Origin: an uncultured Pseudohongiella sp.
GTDB lineage: Bacteria; Pseudomonadota; Gammaproteobacteria; Pseudomonadales; Pseudohongiellaceae
NCBI GenBank assembly: GCA_965227635.1
Contig: OZ245763.1
Location: 1,854,896-1,918,895 of the forward strand
Length of the DNA stretch: 64,000 nucleotides
Direction of reading: 5' to 3'
Positions 59,601 through 64,000 of the stretch are shown here, in pieces. The translations under genes and the position numbers were made by a program. The notes beneath the pieces are model-generated. The model was not told the DNA's origin and did no database searches. It saw only the letters and a list, made by a program, of their open reading frames with translations. Position 1 is the stretch's first letter; each line of letters starts with the position of its first letter.

Positions 59601-59827
59601 TGCAGCGGTTGCGGCCCATTGTTATGACCGTGGCTGCAATTACAGCAGGATTGTTGCCCATTATGTTCGGGCATGGAGTTGGGTCGGAAGTCATGCAGCG
59701 GATTGCGGCGCCGATGATTGGGGGGATGATTAGTACGTTGTTGTTAACGTTGTGTGTAGTACCGGCGCTGTATTTGGTTTGGCAAAATATCGAATATGGT
59801 AGGCGTTCTGAAGAAGCAGCGGATTAG
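56684..59827 (+). CDS. cusA: Heavy-metal RND efflux pump CusA (monovalent Cu/Ag type)
   Basis: 1047 aa. The TM4 signature SLGGIAIAIGAMVDGAIVMIEN (AIG-DGA-IEN) is typical of CusA-type pumps. Confidence 0.9.
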   Translation: MIAAIIRSSIANRGLLLLAALLLMAAGLLNLRTMPVDAIPDLSDVQVIIRTPFAGQAPQVVEDQVTYPLTTAMLSVPGAVNVRGYSFFGDSYVYVIFEDGTDQYWARSRVLEYLSQVSAALPNEVTPALGPDATGVGWVYEYALIDRTGNHDLSQLRSIQDWFLKYELQTVAGVSEVATIGGMVRQYQVVVDPNRLSALGINLTQIRQAIQNGNREVGGSVIEMAETEFMVRATGYVQSVEELRNIPLKADERGVPVLLGDVAEVQLGPQLRRGVADLDGEGEVVGSVIVMRSGENAQATIAAVKSKLQDLAGSLPEGVEIVPTYDRSELIGAAVDNLYTKLMEEFLVVGLICLLFLFHLRSSLVAIAILPLGIMAALLIMRAQGINANIMSLGGIAIAIGAMVDGAIVMIENVHKHMERRPGLVGKERWDLIAEATTQVGGPLFFSLLIITLSFLPIFTLEAQEGRLFAPLAFTKTWAMAAAALFSITFIPVFMGYLIRGKIHSEHRNPLNRLLTACYRPVVGFITKHPWPVIVLAVLLTASAVWPVSRMGSEFMPPLDEGDWMYMPTARPGLPIGEATQLLQQTSRMIKSVPEVAQVFGKIGRAETATDPAPLTMIESVIRFKPESEWRAGMTIADIRAEIRDRVQVPGIANVWVMPIKTRIDMLATGIKTPVGIKISGPELGVIQTLGREIENLLGDFPGSASVYSERVVGGSYVVVDIDRTAAARLGLNITDVQAVVTSAIGGMNVSETIEGLERYPINVRYPRQVRDSLENIRRLPIITPKGERIALSDVAKVEIEDGPPMIKSENARPNGWVYIDIADIDVGSYVSNAREHLEANLTLPPGYTLAWSGQFEYMERAIERLKLVVPLTLVIITLLLYLAFNRVSDVLIILTSLPFAVAGSAWFVWYLGFDLSVAVAVGIIALAGVAVEIGVIMLIYLNQYRQDYLDQLGPDEKPSLVGLQEAIQQGALQRLRPIVMTVAAITAGLLPIMFGHGVGSEVMQRIAAPMIGGMISTLLLTLCVVPALYLVWQNIEYGRRSEEAAD

Positions 59828-60301
59828 AATATCGTCGTTGGAAAAAGTAAAAAATATAGTTAGTACGAGATGTGTATATGACTTAGATGTTTAAAAACTA
59901 GTTTCGGTGACCGAACGCCATAACTAGATGTGACTAGTAGGTGTGACTAGGGTTAAGGTGTACGGTAAAGAGTACGAATTCCAAGAATTCTTCAAACCAG
60001 AGGGCTTCCGGGAATTTACTTACAGTTCGAGGATGGGTTTGTAATTTCAGATTTCTGATTACTTTTTTAATAGGAAAGTATCGGTTCTATACAGTCTCAC
60101 GAGCACAAATGATCCACTTTCAATCTTGGAGATACTAGCATGGACAAGGTGTGTGCTTAATTGATTGGCTAGTTAATACTTGGTAATTTTCAATTGTTGA
60201 TTCGACGCTCCAATTTGTTTCTTCATAACTTGCACATTTGGACTCTAAGAAACGAAACGTGGGAGTAAGGTTCAGGTTGTTATATAGGAGCATCAAATCA
60301 T

Positions 60302-60332
60302 TTGACTTTAGAGTGGCTCTAAGTGTTTTACT
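60302..60332 (+). promoter_or_regulatory. MerR-family (ZntR/CueR-like) promoter with 19-bp spacer
   Basis: TTGACT-TTAGAGTGGCTCTAAGTGT-TTTACT with the dyad TTAGAG-N3-CTCTAA. Its layout parallels E. coli PzntA (TTGACTCTGGAGTCGACTCCAGAGTGTATCCT, quoted from memory). Confidence 0.4.
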
Positions 60333-60384
60333 TCTGGATTCGTGCTATTTTAGTGATTAGAATTTTTATATCCCCACTAAATGT

Positions 60385-60780
60385 ATGGATTTTCCATTGC
60401 TGAAACGCCCATTGATTATGTCACTAGTTGTTCTGCTTGCGCTGCCTTTGAATACAGGCGCGGCAACCTGGATGGCAATGTCGATGGCGGAATCTGGTGA
60501 AGTTACAGAGGTTCTCGATTCCTCAAATAGCTTGCATCATGACCATCAACAGCATATGAACATGGGTAGCAAGCAATCCCTGGATTCGGAATCCAATCAC
60601 GAGCACGACTCTGAAGATTGTGATGAACATTGCATGTCCTGTAGTAGTCACTGCTACAGCTCAAGCATCACGTCAGCTGTAGTTGATTTTCAAAATCAGC
60701 GTAGCCTCCATGCTAGTACAACACCTGGCGTGACTCTTAATCGCGAATACCTCCTCTACCGGCCACCAATCCACGCCTAG
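60385..60780 (+). CDS. Small secreted His/Cys-rich protein preceding copA (paralogue of 9602-10033)
   Basis: AATWMAMSMAESG, DCDEHCMSCSSHC and a C-terminal YRPPIHA. Confidence 0.7.
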   Translation: MDFPLLKRPLIMSLVVLLALPLNTGAATWMAMSMAESGEVTEVLDSSNSLHHDHQQHMNMGSKQSLDSESNHEHDSEDCDEHCMSCSSHCYSSSITSAVVDFQNQRSLHASTTPGVTLNREYLLYRPPIHA

Positions 60781-60943
60781 TGGGTCTGTAGGCCAGTATC
60801 TCTGTTTCATTCTTACTAGGTTGAAGTTCATTCCTTTCGGAAGGCACTAACCGAAGTCTTGCATTACCTCAGACCCTAATCTGAAAACTCACGCTGTTTG
60901 TTGTGGGTGCGTTTTCGCACTCGAGTAATTTTAGGAGTTTGCA

Positions 60944-62710
60944 ATGCAGTACAAAAATCAATCCAGGTTCGGCCCGGCTTTAGCATCACCACTAAAGTCG
61001 CGGCGCCGCTTTGTTCAAGGATTAGTAGGAGGGGGAATAGTTGGCGTAGGCTTTGCCTCCAGCAGTTGGGCGCAAGAAGCGCGGTTCGCCTATGGTGCAG
61101 GCAGAGCACCAGTACTAAGTGGAAAGACATTTAATCTGGTCATTGAAGAGCAACCTGCAAATTTCACCGGGTCGCCGCGAATTGCCACCATGATTAATGG
61201 TTCAATTCCAGCACCAACCCTACGATGGAAAGAGGGTGACACGGTTACCATCAATGTCACTAACCGGCTTTCCCAGCCCACTTCTATTCATTGGCACGGC
61301 ATTATTCTGCCTTTCGAGATGGACGGTGTGCCTGGTATCAGCTATCCGGGAATTGCTCCGGGTCAGACCTTTCAATATCGCTTCAAGCTGCAACAGAGTG
61401 GAACCTATTGGTATCACTCCCACTCTGCTTTTCAGGAAATGACCGGCATGTATGGCGCAATTGTTATTGAGCCGGCAGAGGGCGAAAGGATTCAGGCTGA
61501 TAGAGAACATCTGATTATGTTGTCAGAGTGGACTGATGAAGACCCCATGTATGTTTTTCAGAAACTGAAGACCATGGGGCATTTATACAATTTCAACCAG
61601 CCTACCCTGCCAGTTTTAATGGAAGACATTGCGGGTAATGGTCTGGATGCTGCCGTTACGCGACGTGACATGTTCAATGTCATGCGCATGAAACCAACAG
61701 ATCTCGCCGATCTCTCCGCGAATACGTTGACTTACCTGATGAATGGTACGACACCAGCAGGCAATAACACTTCGCTTTTTGAAAGAGGACAGCGAGTTCG
61801 CCTGCGCATAGTGAACGCGGCTGGAAATACTTTCTTCGATCTGCGAATACCGGATCTACCAATGACAGTAGTTCAGGTGGATGGCATTGATGTTGAGCCT
61901 GTCACTGTGGATGAGATTCGGATGGGGGCAGGCGAGACTTATGATGTTCTGGTGACGCCTGAGGACGACGCTCACACAATATTCGCCGAGACGATGGACC
62001 GTACCGGTTATGCTCGCGGCACTCTCGCCACACGCCAGGGTTTGTCTGCTCCAATTCCGCCACGGCGGCAAGCGCAGTGGTTATCTATGCAGGACATGAT
62101 GGGCGATATGTCTCACTCGGATCAAACCATGGGCTCGATGGATCACGGTGGCGATCATGCAGGAATGGATATGTCGAATTCGATGCAAGTGCAGGCGCGT
62201 CATGCAAGCACAGAATTTGGACCTAGCACTGACATGCGCGTGGACTTTCCGCGAACCAATTTGGACGATCCGGGAGTAGGGTTGCGTGAAACGGATCGCC
62301 GAGTTTTGACCCTTTCTGATCTGCGGACACTCGGTGGTGCTATCGACCAACGGGATCCCGAGCGCGAAATTGAATTGCATTTAACAGGCAATATGGAGCG
62401 TTACAGTTGGTCCATCGACGGGCTTGAGTATGGCAAATCGACGCCTATTCATTTCCGATATGGTGAGCGACTACGAGTCCACTTACATAACGACACGATG
62501 ATGACTCACCCCATGCACCTGCATGGTATGTGGAGCGATCTGGAAGATGCCAGCGGTAATTTTCTCGCCCGGCGCCACACTTTACCTGTGCAGCCGGCAC
62601 AGCGCGTGAGTTTCAGTGTGACCGCAGACGCATTAGGGCGTTGGGCATGGCACTGCCACCTGTTATTGCATATGGACGCAGGCATGTTTCGCGAAGTGGT
62701 GGTTGTATGA
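60944..62710 (+). CDS. copA: Multicopper oxidase CopA, second copy
   Basis: Tat signal SRRRFVQGL. It is collinear with 10202-11962 and shares long identical blocks, e.g. QQSGTYWYHSHS, VFQKLKTMGHLYNFNQPTLP and RRDMFNVMRMKPTDLADLSA. Confidence 0.9.
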   Translation: MQYKNQSRFGPALASPLKSRRRFVQGLVGGGIVGVGFASSSWAQEARFAYGAGRAPVLSGKTFNLVIEEQPANFTGSPRIATMINGSIPAPTLRWKEGDTVTINVTNRLSQPTSIHWHGIILPFEMDGVPGISYPGIAPGQTFQYRFKLQQSGTYWYHSHSAFQEMTGMYGAIVIEPAEGERIQADREHLIMLSEWTDEDPMYVFQKLKTMGHLYNFNQPTLPVLMEDIAGNGLDAAVTRRDMFNVMRMKPTDLADLSANTLTYLMNGTTPAGNNTSLFERGQRVRLRIVNAAGNTFFDLRIPDLPMTVVQVDGIDVEPVTVDEIRMGAGETYDVLVTPEDDAHTIFAETMDRTGYARGTLATRQGLSAPIPPRRQAQWLSMQDMMGDMSHSDQTMGSMDHGGDHAGMDMSNSMQVQARHASTEFGPSTDMRVDFPRTNLDDPGVGLRETDRRVLTLSDLRTLGGAIDQRDPEREIELHLTGNMERYSWSIDGLEYGKSTPIHFRYGERLRVHLHNDTMMTHPMHLHGMWSDLEDASGNFLARRHTLPVQPAQRVSFSVTADALGRWAWHCHLLLHMDAGMFREVVVV

Positions 62711-63861
62711 AGCAGGCACTATTTCTGCAATTTTTCATCTTCTCATTGTTAATGCAGGCATCCCTTGCTGTAGCACAAGTTGAGAATTCCCAATTACATC
62801 AGGAACACGCGGAACACGCAGAGCATGTAGAACACGCAGAGCATGCAGAACACGCAGAGCATGCAGAACACGCAGAGCATGAAGAACATGCAGAGCATGA
62901 AGAACAAGCAGAACATGCAAGTACAGAAATGGCGAATGAACATGACGAAGAAGCAGCGCATAGTGACGAAGTCTCCGATCATTCTCAGCACCGGTCTGGA
63001 GAGCTGGGAGCCGCGATCTCGACAAACCACGAGCATCATGGATCTCAGCCTGAAACGGGTGAAGATGAGCACCAGCACATGCCGGAAGCCATGGACCATG
63101 ACGCAATGTCTGAATCCATAATGCAGAGTGAAGGAGCAAGTTCTCTGCGTGATCCTCACGCCTATTCAAATGGATTTGAGCTTACTTCGGGGCCGTACTT
63201 GCTTGAATCAGGGAGCAAGATAGGTCTCGCTGATGAAACTTATTTCACAGGGTTATGGGTAGACAGGTTTGAATATGTCGAGTCTCACGATCTTGACGCA
63301 ACTGAATTTGAAGGACATGCCTGGATTGGCGATAGCTACAATCGATTTCTGTTGCGCAGCGAAATCGAGATCGTCAACGACTCGATAGAAACGGCTGAAC
63401 TAGACCTTCTGCATACGAGGGCAGTATCGCCATTCTGGAATGTGCAGTTCGGGCTGCGGCGCGAATTTGGAGAAGAGGATGAGAGAAACTGGGCGTCCGT
63501 TGGGCTCAGTGGCCTGGCACCCTATTGGTTCGAGGTGGATGCGAGTTTGTTTTTGGGTGAGAACGGCAATTCTCTTTTGGATATCGAGGCTGAGTATGAC
63601 TTGCTATTGACTCAACGATTAGTCATGCAGCCTCGAATTGATATTCACTCCTATGGGAAAACTGACAAGGAGATGGGTCGTGGATCTGGTCTTTCAACGC
63701 TGAAAACCGGTTTCCGTTTGCGTTATGAATTTGATCGGCAATTGGCGCCCTATTTAGGGTACGAGCGAGTGATCAAATACGGAGAAACGGCAGACTTACT
63801 GCCTGTTGGTGAAGACAGAACGGACAATCACTGGATCGTTGGTTTCAAATTTTGGTTCTAA
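62707..63861 (+). CDS. copB: Copper resistance protein B, second copy, with (EHA)n His-rich repeat
   Basis: ATGA overlap with copA. Signal peptide MKQALFLQFFIFSLLMQASLAVA. His-rich HAEHAEHVEHAEHAEHAEHAEHAEHEEHAEHEEQAEH. Ends ...GFKFWF. Confidence 0.85.
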   Translation: MKQALFLQFFIFSLLMQASLAVAQVENSQLHQEHAEHAEHVEHAEHAEHAEHAEHAEHEEHAEHEEQAEHASTEMANEHDEEAAHSDEVSDHSQHRSGELGAAISTNHEHHGSQPETGEDEHQHMPEAMDHDAMSESIMQSEGASSLRDPHAYSNGFELTSGPYLLESGSKIGLADETYFTGLWVDRFEYVESHDLDATEFEGHAWIGDSYNRFLLRSEIEIVNDSIETAELDLLHTRAVSPFWNVQFGLRREFGEEDERNWASVGLSGLAPYWFEVDASLFLGENGNSLLDIEAEYDLLLTQRLVMQPRIDIHSYGKTDKEMGRGSGLSTLKTGFRLRYEFDRQLAPYLGYERVIKYGETADLLPVGEDRTDNHWIVGFKFWF

Positions 63862-63927
63862 CACAAAGCACTGAAAAAACGAGCAATGCTGCAGAATTCT
63901 AATTAGTGCATCACTTTGGAGATGAAT

Positions 63928-64000
63928 ATGAAACACATTACATTTTTTACTTTAGTTGCCACGCTATCGTTTGTCGCAGGTCAAGTGGCCGCTCAGACAG
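63928..64000 (+). CDS. 5' end of a secreted protein (truncated by window end)
   Basis: ATG at 63928, then MKHITFFTLVATLSFVAGQVAAQT (signal peptide). Its identity cannot be determined. Confidence 0.4.
   Translation, partial: MKHITFFTLVATLSFVAGQVAAQT

Noticed and set aside
62803-62919. This short periodic repeat, and the 273-nt repeat at 56181-56666, could be a CRISPR array.
   Set aside because: Both are in-frame coding repeats inside copB-2 and cusB, with no unique spacers. There are no cas genes.

Overview
The window is 64 kb of bacterial chromosome-like DNA. PEP-CTERM proteins, an iron-uptake operon and overall gene content suggest an aquatic or marine Gammaproteobacterium, but that is inference only. 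I saw no rRNA, intact tRNA, CRISPR array, transposase or integrase.

Layout:
- 1-9 kb: regulators, a LicD/cytidylyltransferase module and four PEP-CTERM proteins.
- 9.6-12.9 kb: first copper module (small His/Cys protein, copA, copB).
- 13-27.7 kb: mixed accessory genes (FAH-family, beta-propeller, LRR, serine hydrolase, AraC regulators, pilin-like pair, desaturase, GST, two-component system). These are interspersed with a GGGGACACT-terminated inverted-repeat element family.
- 27.8-46.5 kb: a visibly more AT-rich block. It holds (a) a two-gene helicase-nuclease plus TPR-HEPN candidate defence module, (b) a MerR-controlled mer-like locus without merA, and (c) czcCBA plus two CDF transporters.
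- 46.6-52.7 kb: fbpABC-like iron ABC transporter and a TonB-dependent receptor.
- 53-59.8 kb: cusCBA-like operon with a CusB-CusF-CusF fusion.
- 60.3-63.9 kb: second, diverged copper module.

Best leads:
1. The helicase/Mrr-like nuclease plus TPR-HEPN gene pair (28469-33256).
2. An HMA-thioredoxin gene in the mer-like locus with two in-frame TGA codons exactly where the CxxC metal-binding cysteines should be (35839-36543), a putative UxxU selenoprotein.
3. Three 19-bp-spacer MerR-type promoters sharing one half-site.
4. A LicD-PqqD fusion next to a Ser-rich Tat/PEP-CTERM mini-protein.
5. The MITE-like repeat family that brackets individual genes.

Everything here comes from reading the sequence and ORF translations. 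No searches or computations were run.
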